Under the pieces are notes generated by a model. That model was not told where the DNA came from. It made no database searches and was given only the letters and a program-made list of their open reading frames with translations. The position numbers and the translations under genes are program-made. A DNA stretch of 64,000 nucleotides, from positions 52,273 through 116,272 of IMG/VR virus record IMGVR_UViG_3300028948_000703. One strand, written 5' to 3'. Shown piece by piece: positions 1 to 8,109 of this stretch (the first letter of the stretch is position 1; each line of letters starts with the position of its first letter). This DNA comes from a virus.

Positions 1-141
1 TCTCAAGAAGATTGTGGTTACAAGCCCGCGCGGCAAGATCTGGACCTTTGACAGCGAAAGTGATGCTCGCTGCATCTTCCCTGATAGCTGGGACCGCATC
101 AAAGCTGGACTGTTGGGTTACACTGTCACAGGAGTGTGAAC

Positions 142-339
142 ATGAAGCCTACTATCTATCGTGCATGGATCAATCAACCCAGCACCGATCAGCCCCTTCA
201 TGCGCTGCATGGGCTACGTTGCATTGCAGAGGATACTGGCGGAGCAACTGTTCGTTTATGGTTTGCAGAAGGCGACATCCATTCAATGGAAGCTCTGCGT
301 ACATGTATTAGCAGAATAAAGCTTAGTGAAGCCGGTTGA
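142..339 (+). CDS. hypothetical phage protein
   Basis: GGAG RBS at 131-134 before ATG 142 (MKPTIYRAW...); no recognisable motif. Confidence 0.6.
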   Translation: MKPTIYRAWINQPSTDQPLHALHGLRCIAEDTGGATVRLWFAEGDIHSMEALRTCISRIKLSEAG

Positions 340-388
340 CCCAAACAATCTAGACGCTATACTACCAGCGTTAACAACGGAGCGCACA

Positions 389-640
389 ATGCAGCTTAAG
401 ACCGCAAACGAACTGAACATGCAGGCAGCTATCCAGCAGGGTCTGGGCACGCACTACATGCTGGACGAGAGTGACAACTGCGGGCTCTGCGGCGAAGATC
501 TTGAGGGTGCTGTGAGTGAAGTGCAGGTGGCATCGATCATCAACGACACGATCGAAACCAATACCTGTACGGTCTATACCGATGCTGCCGGCGTGATGCG
601 GGTGGCCAATCCGGACGAATTTGTGAGGTGCTTTGGCTAG
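389..640 (+). CDS. hypothetical phage protein (CxxC)
   Basis: TTGACC..TATACT promoter (~336-363) and CGGAG RBS before ATG 389; CGLC motif. Confidence 0.6.
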   Translation: MQLKTANELNMQAAIQQGLGTHYMLDESDNCGLCGEDLEGAVSEVQVASIINDTIETNTCTVYTDAAGVMRVANPDEFVRCFG

Positions 641-664
641 GCTGTAGCAAGAGAGCTTTATTGG

Positions 665-829
665 GCCCCTGTCGTTTAATTGGAATAGGACGCCGTGCTC
701 GATTTCACTGCCTGACATGGCTATAGTATTGATCATACCAGTGGTTGATTCTCTGTAGGTGTTGGGTAAAGATACTGTGCTGGTACACAGGAGAGCATTG
801 GTATGCAGGTTCGAGACCTGTCAGGGGAA
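665..829 (+). tRNA. tRNA-like gene with ~90-nt insertion in the anticodon loop (identity undetermined)
   Basis: Acceptor CCCCTG/CAGGGG, D-arm GTTT-AATTGGAATA-GGAC, anticodon stem CCGTG/CATTG, T-arm GCAGG-TTCGAGA-CCTGT; insert ~700-790; no encoded CCA. Confidence 0.65.
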
Positions 830-908
830 GCAATAAAGGTAGCCTGTGCGTGATGTAACATACAGGAGCAACTAACCCGAGGCGTCTTCACCACTACGCC
901 TACTCTTG

Positions 909-1871
909 CTAGAGAAATACTTCTTTAAAACGTTGCATCACTGGCCATGGTGCAAACTGCTGAATTCGATCAGACCAAGTAGCCTGCGAACCCAGGTCTT
1001 TGATATTCATGAGTTTTTCCTTGACAGTGGATTCACTATAAAGTAGATTGCTATTGTTGAGCAACACTTGATGATTTTGATCATGGCCGCCCTCCCAGGC
1101 TAGAACGGGCTTGTTCAAGGACAATGCTTCGGCAATTGCAAGGCCAAATGATTCGCCTCCAGATCTAGCATGTATCATTGCATCACAGCTGGCAATAAAG
1201 TTTGATTTTGCTTGAGGGCTGTGTATTTCAGTGAGAAACCTAACCTGCGGATGTGATATCCAAGGTTCTGTGCCAACAAAAACAAAAGTATAGTCTTGCC
1301 GTGCTGCTAAGACTTCGGTGATCGCTTGTTTGACAAATGGGATATCAAAGGTATAATATCCTCCCATGCGTCCAATTACAGTATTAGACTGTGGAATTCC
1401 CAGTATCTCTCGATAGTTGTCAGTGACACTGGGCAGCGTGACCATGTGAGGCACCCAGGGAATTGCAGCAGAATGTCGTTGATTCATTGTTAAAGCCAGC
1501 CATTCACTGATATAAGCATATCTGTGGCCGTGCGGATTGTAGTATTGAAATACAGCATGAATCGCTGTGGCACAACCCGGCGCAACATAGTTGCCATTGC
1601 CAGCATGTATCATGTATAGGAGATCTGGCTTCTCTTGATCAACAAGTCTTGATAGATCATCTTGGCCACAGTGTGATAAAACCTTGAATCTACTCTGCAG
1701 AGATTCTAACACTGCAGGTTCAGTACCAAGATCCTTTGCATATGCAAACGCAGTATCATAGCATATAATGCTTTGGTTTCCAAGTAATGATTGATTATAT
1801 GTGGCATAATCTCTAACAGCTACGGTGGTACCTCTATATGATAATGTGTTGGTGTGAAACAGTATTTTCAT
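909..1871 (-). CDS. glycosyltransferase (GT-B fold, family 4-like)
   Basis: RGTTVA N-terminal motif and HARSGGESFGLAIAEA (E-x7-E) motif. Confidence 0.85.
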   Translation of the reverse strand: MKILFHTNTLSYRGTTVAVRDYATYNQSLLGNQSIICYDTAFAYAKDLGTEPAVLESLQSRFKVLSHCGQDDLSRLVDQEKPDLLYMIHAGNGNYVAPGCATAIHAVFQYYNPHGHRYAYISEWLALTMNQRHSAAIPWVPHMVTLPSVTDNYREILGIPQSNTVIGRMGGYYTFDIPFVKQAITEVLAARQDYTFVFVGTEPWISHPQVRFLTEIHSPQAKSNFIASCDAMIHARSGGESFGLAIAEALSLNKPVLAWEGGHDQNHQVLLNNSNLLYSESTVKEKLMNIKDLGSQATWSDRIQQFAPWPVMQRFKEVFL

Positions 1872-1894
1872 TGTAATGCATTATATGCAATATA

Positions 1895-1929
1895 AAATCG
1901 GTTGCATAATTGGATAAACACTTTATAAT
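1895..1929 (+). promoter_or_regulatory. sigma70-like early promoter with extended AATCGG-TTGCA -35 element
   Basis: AAATCGGTTGCAT-N16-TATAAT; related copies at ~5001, ~5479, ~5765. Confidence 0.7.
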
Positions 1930-1936
1930 CGAACAC

Positions 1937-2092
1937 ATGAACAAGAGCATCAAGCGTTATCTCAAGTGCGGACCCGGTGGGCGACGCTGTGTCTGTTGCT
2001 TTCCTGCTCCGGGTAGCCGCGAACGCAAGTTTGAGTATCGCCGGGCCAAGCGTAAGGCTCGCCAGCAAGCGTTGCGTGATCAGGAGCAGTAA
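1937..2092 (+). CDS. small basic Cys-Cys/Arg-rich protein (probably leaderless)
   Basis: MNKSIKRYLKCGPGGRRCVCCFPAPG...RRAKRKARQQ; ATG 7 nt after the -10 box. Confidence 0.7.
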   Translation: MNKSIKRYLKCGPGGRRCVCCFPAPGSRERKFEYRRAKRKARQQALRDQEQ

Positions 2093-2169
2093 ATGGATCC
2101 TATTTTAGTGATTGCAACAACCGCAATTGCTATGCTAGTGTTGCTTGGATAAAAAATAGCCGGATAGCT

Positions 2170-2209
2170 AAAACCTGGTCCCCGCAGCTCAAAAACCTGG
2201 TCCCCGCAG
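2170..2209. repeat. 18-bp direct repeat x2 (AAAACCTGGTCCCCGCAG), 22-bp period
   Basis: exact copies at 2170-2187 and 2192-2209. Confidence 0.9.
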
Positions 2210-2248
2210 GGGTTTATAAAACACCAATTATCAGTGAGAGATTAAACC

Positions 2249-2737
2249 ATGGCCCTGCTCAATCGTCGAAAGTTCCTGTTTCGCTCGGCTGCAATTGTCA
2301 CTGCCAGCAACTTGATGCCTGGTCACAGCATTGCTCACCTGCTGGAACCCACGCCTCGCGAAGTGATTGTTGCCAACATGAAGATAATCCAACGAGAGCT
2401 GCAGGCCAACAGCATGAGTGATCTCTCAGCCACAGCACTGAGCAATATTGATGACATCATTCATCGGGCTGTGAACAACATCTGTTCGGTGGGTGTGGAC
2501 CGACTTGCTACACCCAGCAAGGAAGATGTTGCTCATGTTTTCAATCCTCGGCACGAATGGTATCGCAGTGATGTGGCCAGCAACTTTCGTGATGTGCCCA
2601 TTGATGTACTGCCCGTGCATGCACTAAAGACAGTGCTGGGCAAGTGGAAGGCTCCAGTTAACTCTCAGCACGAAGAGTTCAAGGACGGTTGGAAGCAGTT
2701 TGTGAGCAAGTATGTCAACACACTGCCCACAATGTAG
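2249..2737 (+). CDS. hypothetical protein with twin-arginine-like N-terminus
   Basis: LNRRKFL followed by a hydrophobic stretch; GAGAG upstream. Confidence 0.7.
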   Translation: MALLNRRKFLFRSAAIVTASNLMPGHSIAHLLEPTPREVIVANMKIIQRELQANSMSDLSATALSNIDDIIHRAVNNICSVGVDRLATPSKEDVAHVFNPRHEWYRSDVASNFRDVPIDVLPVHALKTVLGKWKAPVNSQHEEFKDGWKQFVSKYVNTLPTM

Positions 2738-2823
2738 CTTGCACTAAAACAAGAAGTGCGCTAGACTTGCTCACATACTAGCGCACTTCTTGCCAGATGT
2801 AAAATAAATTTACACCATCTCTG

Positions 2824-2940
2824 CACGGCGTGCCTCGGGCCTATTCACAACCTTTTGCTGTGATTTTCGTCACGGCGTGCCTCGGGCAATATCACAGTGC
2901 ATTTTTGTAGTTTTCATCACGGCTAGCCTCGCAGTCACAG
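2824..2940. repeat. 47-bp-period repeat x3, core CACGGCGTGCCTCG(GGC)...TCACA
   Basis: copies start at 2824, 2871 and 2918 (third degenerate). Confidence 0.85.
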
Positions 2941-3057
2941 CTGAATTTTTTTCTGCGGCTGGCGAACGAATTCATTTTTTTTGCACCTTTTTTGGTAGAC
3001 TGCTGCTAGCAATGTGCTAAGTTCACATTGTTAACACAAACACAAAAGGTAGTGCAA

Positions 3058-3477
3058 ATGATCAGCAACGAGCAAGCAATTGACGCCATGATGTGCAGCT
3101 TCGAAAAGTACGCCGCTCTGCGTGCTGAACTGGGCTTTCCGCTGCCCAGCAAGGTCAACAACAACCTGCTGCCGAGCTGGGTCCTGCGTGTGGGTGAGAA
3201 GCCCAAGACGGAATGGGTCATGCCTAAGCGTGCTTCGCAGCCCGTCCAGCCCGCTGCTGAGACTGCAATCGTCGAAGTCAACGCGCCCGTGCAAGTCGCT
3301 GCAGAGCCCACTGCTGCAAAGCTCGACAGCTGGGCCGCGCGTGTGCGTGCTGTGATCCGTGCAGCCAAAACGGAAGGCCAGACGCCGCAGCAGGTGCTCA
3401 AGCACGTGGTGGAAAGCATGGGCATGAAGGAAAGCAGCGCTCGCAACTGCATCAAGCACAATTGGCTTAAGGTGTGA
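3058..3477 (+). CDS. hypothetical phage protein (possible C-terminal DNA-binding helical domain)
   Basis: AAGGT upstream of ATG 3058; biased codon usage; Ala/Pro linker before a basic helical C-terminus. Confidence 0.7.
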   Translation: MISNEQAIDAMMCSFEKYAALRAELGFPLPSKVNNNLLPSWVLRVGEKPKTEWVMPKRASQPVQPAAETAIVEVNAPVQVAAEPTAAKLDSWAARVRAVIRAAKTEGQTPQQVLKHVVESMGMKESSARNCIKHNWLKV

Positions 3478-4216
3478 GGGGAGGCGCAAGCTTCTTACAC
3501 TGGGAGAAGTGATACCTAAACATAGCGGGTCCTTTTCCAAGCTTATTACAGTGAGGGCACTCATAAACACGCAAAATGTTATGAGTGCCCTCCATCATGC
3601 GTTTTTGATTCGTCTTCCTTGACACTTCACCGCCGAGAAAATTATGCCGTCCTTCAGCTACTAGACGCCTGTGTACTTCACCGCCGAGGAGATGATGCGT
3701 GCCTTCCTCAACACGCTTCCTTTGTAAGTCGCCCCCGAGAAAGTTGTGTGTACCATCCTCGATACGCCTCTTGTTGGCCTTCTTAACGTGTTCTCCGCCC
3801 TGGAAGGGATTTGTTCCGTTTTTAACACGTTGCCGTGCATGATCGCCTCCAACAAAGGGATGTGTACCGTTGGCTAACATCTTATATACAGGATTTCTCT
3901 CCCTAATAAAAGGATGAGTTCCGTCGTCTATGCGCTTTTTTGCGGAAAGCTTTGCTATTTTTGATTTTTCTTCCTTGCTCATACCTAGCCTGGACATCAA
4001 TCGCATAGCTGCGGCCCAGTCGCCTTGGTCAAGATGTATTTGAAGATGATCCTGTATTGACACAGCTAGCAAATTGCTTATATCGTTGTTTGACGGGTCG
4101 CCATCAATGTGATGTATATCATAAGTCCGACCTTGATCGTCCTGTGGGATAGGGCCGTGATGCTGTTCATAGATTTTTCTATAGACACGTGATTGACTTC
4201 TAGCATAAGTAGTCAT
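3467..4216 (-). CDS. HNH homing endonuclease with GTH(P/N)F-GG repeats and C-terminal CPHC finger
   Basis: YDIHHIDGDPSNNDISNL...H..IH HNH motif; about seven internal repeats. Confidence 0.9.
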   Translation of the reverse strand: MTTYARSQSRVYRKIYEQHHGPIPQDDQGRTYDIHHIDGDPSNNDISNLLAVSIQDHLQIHLDQGDWAAAMRLMSRLGMSKEEKSKIAKLSAKKRIDDGTHPFIRERNPVYKMLANGTHPFVGGDHARQRVKNGTNPFQGGEHVKKANKRRIEDGTHNFLGGDLQRKRVEEGTHHLLGGEVHRRLVAEGRHNFLGGEVSRKTNQKRMMEGTHNILRVYECPHCNKLGKGPAMFRYHFSQCKKLAPPLTP

Positions 4217-4284
4217 AGCTGTTGTTCCTCTAAAACAATAGAGCGATCGGGAGTTCCACCGCCGCGGATCGCAACATTATTTAT
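4217..4284 (-). promoter_or_regulatory. late promoter plus RBS-associated hairpins upstream of HNH gene
   Basis: minus strand TATAAATA, then a GCGATC..GATCGC stem and a TTGTT-TTAGAGG-AACAA hairpin covering the GAGG RBS. Confidence 0.55.
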
Positions 4285-4328
4285 AATGGCCTGTGCTGAT
4301 TTTCTTAAATTAAATTTGCCGTGAGTGA

Positions 4329-4532
4329 TTGATTCTAAGAACTTCAGATCCAATCCACACGAGTATCCCAAACCCTACGTGTTGATTTTAAGGAGTCCAT
4401 AGTCAATCCTCACGATCCCTAAGTAGCCGTGTCTGTTGATTTTAAGGATTCCAGGAAAGATCCGCACGAACGCATCTGAAGACTTCTAATGAATGTTAAG
4501 ATAATCCTTAACCCCGGCTATTGATTCTAAGG
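4329..4532. repeat. ~54-bp-period iteron-like array (TTGATTYTAAG...ATCCNCACGA)
   Basis: TTGATTYTAAG at 4329, 4382, 4436, 4521; ATCCNCACGA at 4353, 4406, 4460. Confidence 0.8.
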
Positions 4533-4763
4533 ATCTCGACTAGCCTACAACGGCTAGATTAACTGTTGACACACTTCCAAAATGCACTATAATAAAAAAA
4601 TGGACGAGTTGATCACAGCCATTGTTTTTCAAGCTGTTTACATGCAGGACAACGGCTGCAAATATGCGGCTCGCTTGCCTTGCCAGCAAATCACTGACCC
4701 TGAATGGGGTAATCCAGAGTTTATGAGCGAAGTTACCAGAACGCTCTATCAAGGAAGCTAGCC

Positions 4764-5000
4764 ATGCATTGCTATATGATCATTGAACATCTTGAGCCGG
4801 ATCAACACAAGGGACTGGGAACCATGCACAGCATTGGCACAGTGTTTGCCAGCAGTGACGAGGATGCCATGCAGCAGATCGTTGATCACTGGGGAATCAA
4901 GGATCCCATGCGAGACCTCAGCGATAACTGGGCTGTGGAAAACCGGCAGTTCTCAGTGGTCAAACTGGTCCCGCCAACAGCGGCAATCAAGATCAAGTAA
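4764..5000 (+). CDS. hypothetical phage protein
   Basis: AAGGAAG RBS; TTGACA..TATAAT promoter at ~4566-4593. Confidence 0.65.
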   Translation: MHCYMIIEHLEPDQHKGLGTMHSIGTVFASSDEDAMQQIVDHWGIKDPMRDLSDNWAVENRQFSVVKLVPPTAAIKIK

Positions 5001-5042
5001 AATCGGTTTACAACACATGTGCCATTGTGTATAAGTAGTTAG

Positions 5043-5216
5043 ATGAAAACATACGGACTCACTGATCGATCCCTGCGCGGATGCTGTCCTGGGCATGATA
5101 AATTCCCTCGAGAGAGCTATAATAACCGTCGCTCTAAGCGGAGAAATCGTCTAACAACTAAGATAATGCGTAGACGGCAGCGTCGTATTGATCGCCGCGC
5201 CGCTAAAGCCAGCTAA
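5043..5216 (+). CDS. small basic Cys-Cys/Arg-rich protein, 57 aa (absent from ORF track)
   Basis: MKTYGLTDRSLRGCCPGHDKFPRESYNNRRSKRRNRLTTKIMRRRQRRIDRRAAKAS; ATG 7 nt after TTTACA-N17-TATAAG. Confidence 0.75.
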   Translation: MKTYGLTDRSLRGCCPGHDKFPRESYNNRRSKRRNRLTTKIMRRRQRRIDRRAAKAS

Positions 5217-5221
5217 CATCA

Positions 5222-5374
5222 ATGAAAGCCTACGGACACAGTCGCAAAGACAAGCTGGAATGCCGGTACGGATGTTGCACTGGCAAAAGCGGCGCAAAGA
5301 AGAATTGCCGTCCTGTAGTTGACAAAGCCCGGCGAAAGCGCGCACGGCGTGCAGCTAAAGATACCCATGCATAA
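5222..5374 (+). CDS. small basic Cys-Cys/Arg-rich protein, 50 aa (absent from ORF track)
   Basis: MKAYGHSRKDKLECRYGCCTGKSGAKKNCRPVVDKARRKRARRAAKDTHA; shares MKxYG..GCC..RRAAK with the upstream ORF. Confidence 0.75.
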   Translation: MKAYGHSRKDKLECRYGCCTGKSGAKKNCRPVVDKARRKRARRAAKDTHA

Positions 5375-5537
5375 TCAACATTGCCTTGACTATTACCTCC
5401 ACATGCAGGAAGAGGCAGGCGATGTCTGCGACCTAGATCATCAAACCATGTGGCAGGATTTTTGGTTTGACGAACAAGAATCGGTTGCAAAATTCTAAAA
5501 CTCTGTTAGTATAGCACACCGTTAACAGGAGCACACC

Positions 5538-5756
5538 GTGGCCAAAGAGCTCAAGGTTGGTGAGCGGATCAACACACAAGAACTCAGCTATGCACATTTT
5601 ACTGTTGCCGCTGGGTCAACGATTCAACTATCAATGTACTCAAACAGCGATCACGAGCCTCGCAAGATCGTCACAGCTACTCTGGAATACGACATTGATA
5701 TCTTTGAAGACAGCCGCGTGCAAGTCCTGATCACAGACATCAAGAACGCAGATTAG
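5538..5756 (+). CDS. hypothetical phage protein
   Basis: AGGAG RBS, GTG start, upstream AATCGGTTGCA promoter. Confidence 0.7.
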   Translation: MAKELKVGERINTQELSYAHFTVAAGSTIQLSMYSNSDHEPRKIVTATLEYDIDIFEDSRVQVLITDIKNAD

Positions 5757-5827
5757 GCCAAAGAAATCGGTTGCAGAGTATTAACGAGCTGCTAATATAG
5801 CGCTTGTACACAGTTGCACACAACTTG

Positions 5828-5863
5828 ACCCGCTGATGTTGAAAAGCACAGCGGGTTCTTTTT
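5828..5863 (+). terminator. intrinsic terminator
   Basis: ACCCGCTG...CAGCGGGT stem followed by TCTTTTT. Confidence 0.7.
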
Positions 5864-6127
5864 GACCCTGAACTGCTCGTGCTGCTAGGCCTAGAGCTAG
5901 CCTATCAATACCCACACGACTAGATAGGCCAACAGTCAAATGTCTCCCTAGCCGTGGCTGAGCTTATATGGCATCCTTGATATGTTCTGCATGGCTTGAC
6001 AAGATTCTATTGATTTCATCTAGGATCGTGTCTAGATATCCGGAGGTATCCATGGCAATCTAGCACGGTTATAGAGGGTCAAGTCAGCTTATCTGAGAAC
6101 ATTAGTCTAACTCGTGCTGGGCTTCTT

Positions 6128-6255
6128 GGAGGTATTCTAGGAGAAACACTGTGGCAAGCATTGATCATGCTGCTGTATTCTAAGGTTCTTCGACTTACTA
6201 TGCACGATAATAGCCTGATCACACTCAGCTTTGTGGAGGTATTCTAGGAGAAACA
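6128..6255. repeat. 21-bp direct repeat x2 (GGAGGTATTCTAGGAGAAACA) in a ~1-kb non-coding region
   Basis: exact copies at 6128-6148 and 6235-6255; partial ATCCGGAGGT copies at ~6038 and ~6306. Confidence 0.85.
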
Positions 6256-6863
6256 GTGAGGCAAACGATATAGAAGCCTATTATAATCCTGAGCCGTGCT
6301 GGCTTATCCGGAGGTTCTGAACAGGTTTAATACGACATAGAGGACCTTAGACTAACATAGCCTGCCGTACTAGTGCCAATCAAGTCCGCTATTAGACGTG
6401 CACACGGTACATAAAAAGCTCTTGTACACCGGCCAACTCTGTGCTATAGCTATAATGGAACACAGGGAAATGAATGCCTATGCTGGGCTCTTATACCTAC
6501 CTTAAACATGTGCGTAAGTGCAGCACGAGTAGCCGTGCTGTGTACCCACAGGACTGCGCCATGCACCCAGGGGCTAGCAGTAGCGCAAAGCAACGGAGTG
6601 AGTTGCGGCAGAAAACTTTTGCCGTGCAGGTCGGAGAAGGGTAAAGAGACAGAGAGGTCGAGGCCGCCGTGAGGGGTTAAGAAAAAAGAAAAACCGGTAT
6701 ATAAACTATAGCTTTATAGTATACAATATGTAATATAGCGTAGACTCACTATAAAAATCTGGTTTTTTGCCTCCTTAAAATCCTGAATTTTTTTTTCGAA
6801 AAGATTTTTGCATTTACAGCCTACCCCTCTAGATTTCTTCTTATTGTTGCATATAACTGTTAT

Positions 6864-7136
6864 ATGTCAAAGCGTAAATGGTCGTGGCAGCATAGGCATT
6901 TTATCAGCTCACGTATGTCTAAGCGTGATTTTCATCTTCTACGGAGATTCTGCAGTGAGCATTTTGGCCCCGATCTTGGTGATTTTAACAATCGTTGGGA
7001 TTATACTGGTCTAAAGCGTGTTAGTCAGTATCACGGACATGAATATCACAGTGTACAGCTATTTTTTCGTACGTTAGAAGATCTAGTGTTGTTTAAGCTA
7101 GTATATAACCCAGATGAAATCTATGGCAAATCGTAA
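6864..7136 (+). CDS. small paralog-family protein (C-terminal FxxxEDxxxFxL motif)
   Basis: FFRTLEDLVLFKLVY; ATG just after TATAAC. Confidence 0.75.
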   Translation: MSKRKWSWQHRHFISSRMSKRDFHLLRRFCSEHFGPDLGDFNNRWDYTGLKRVSQYHGHEYHSVQLFFRTLEDLVLFKLVYNPDEIYGKS

Positions 7137-7371
7137 ATGGTCGTGGCGTTATAAAATTTCCATGGGTCATCTTAACAGCGATCGTATGACTAAGCTTAGA
7201 GAGTTCTGCGATGAACGGTTTAATAAAGATTCTTCTAGGTATGATTTTAGCTTTGTTAAACGTAGACTAAATCCCACCAGTTGGTTTCCACGCTATTACT
7301 ATTCCCGAGTAAAAATCCATTTTAAGGATCATGAAGATCTAGTGTTGTTTAAGCTAACTTATACCGAGTAA
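7123..7371 (+). CDS. small paralog-family protein (duplicate of 6864 gene)
   Basis: MANRKWSW...HFKDHEDLVLFKLTY; GAAGATCTAGTGTTGTTTAAGCTA shared with previous gene. Confidence 0.75.
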   Translation: MANRKWSWRYKISMGHLNSDRMTKLREFCDERFNKDSSRYDFSFVKRRLNPTSWFPRYYYSRVKIHFKDHEDLVLFKLTYTE

Positions 7372-7596
7372 ATGTCGCTTATTCGTGGTCAACCTAATCC
7401 GTGGGTCAAAGACTATCCTTATAACTGTGAAATCTTGGTTATACCCTGGGAATTGTGGACTTGGATTGACTCTAATCTAGCAGTTGATCAATGGTGTTGG
7501 GATATGATATATGATTTCACTGAAAACACAAATTTTGTTTGGTTTGGGTTTAAACGACAAGAAGATTACGTTAGGTTTTGTTTAACATGGATCTAG
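7372..7596 (+). CDS. small paralog-family protein
   Basis: VWFGFKRQEDYVRFCLTW. Confidence 0.75.
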   Translation: MSLIRGQPNPWVKDYPYNCEILVIPWELWTWIDSNLAVDQWCWDMIYDFTENTNFVWFGFKRQEDYVRFCLTWI

Positions 7597-7805
7597 CAGT
7601 GGAATTTCAGTGGTCTGCGACTTGCGTATATGGTGGGGAAGTATCTGATCGTGCCATTGAATGGTTGGAGAATAACATGGATAACAATCTATACTTTATA
7701 GATTTTTTACATGAATCACCTACAAGTTGGCATCCTTCGCATGTTTGGTTTGGATTTAGGTCCAGAGAAGATCTAGTACGGTTTCAATTTTCCTGTGGGG
7801 GCTAA
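7587..7805 (+). CDS. small paralog-family protein
   Basis: VWFGFRSREDLVRFQFS. Confidence 0.7.
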   Translation: MDLAVEFQWSATCVYGGEVSDRAIEWLENNMDNNLYFIDFLHESPTSWHPSHVWFGFRSREDLVRFQFSCGG

Positions 7806-8109
7806 AACTTTTTGCGTGGTGGTAGATTAGATTTTAAAAAATTTTTAGCAAAAAAAAGTTTTGAATTATAATCTATAGGCCGGTTATAAAATTGCAGATT
7901 GAGAAAGTTGTATTGATTAACAAGCTTGGTAAATTTTCCGCATTATAATATGAAATTAACTACATAGTTAATAACGGCGGAGCGTTGGCTTCGCCAACTA
8001 TTTCTGCAAGGTTGCGGTTTGGTTTTTGGTTAAGTGTGCCTTGCCAATATCATAGATTTCTGTCAGTGTTGTTATCTATAATTTATTATAGTCTGATAAA
8101 TACGCTATC

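Noticed and set aside
3006-3570. Minus-strand ORFs 3006-3461 and 3031-3570
   Set aside because: Antisense shadows of the codon-biased + strand gene 3058-3477.
4329-4532. CRISPR array
   Set aside because: Repeats are short, degenerate and bipartite with no unique spacers of uniform length. No cas genes are present; the 53578-54264 nuclease is a common phage exonuclease type.
5151-5490. Minus-strand ORFs in the track
   Set aside because: Antisense to two better-supported small + strand ORFs that have a promoter and mutual similarity.
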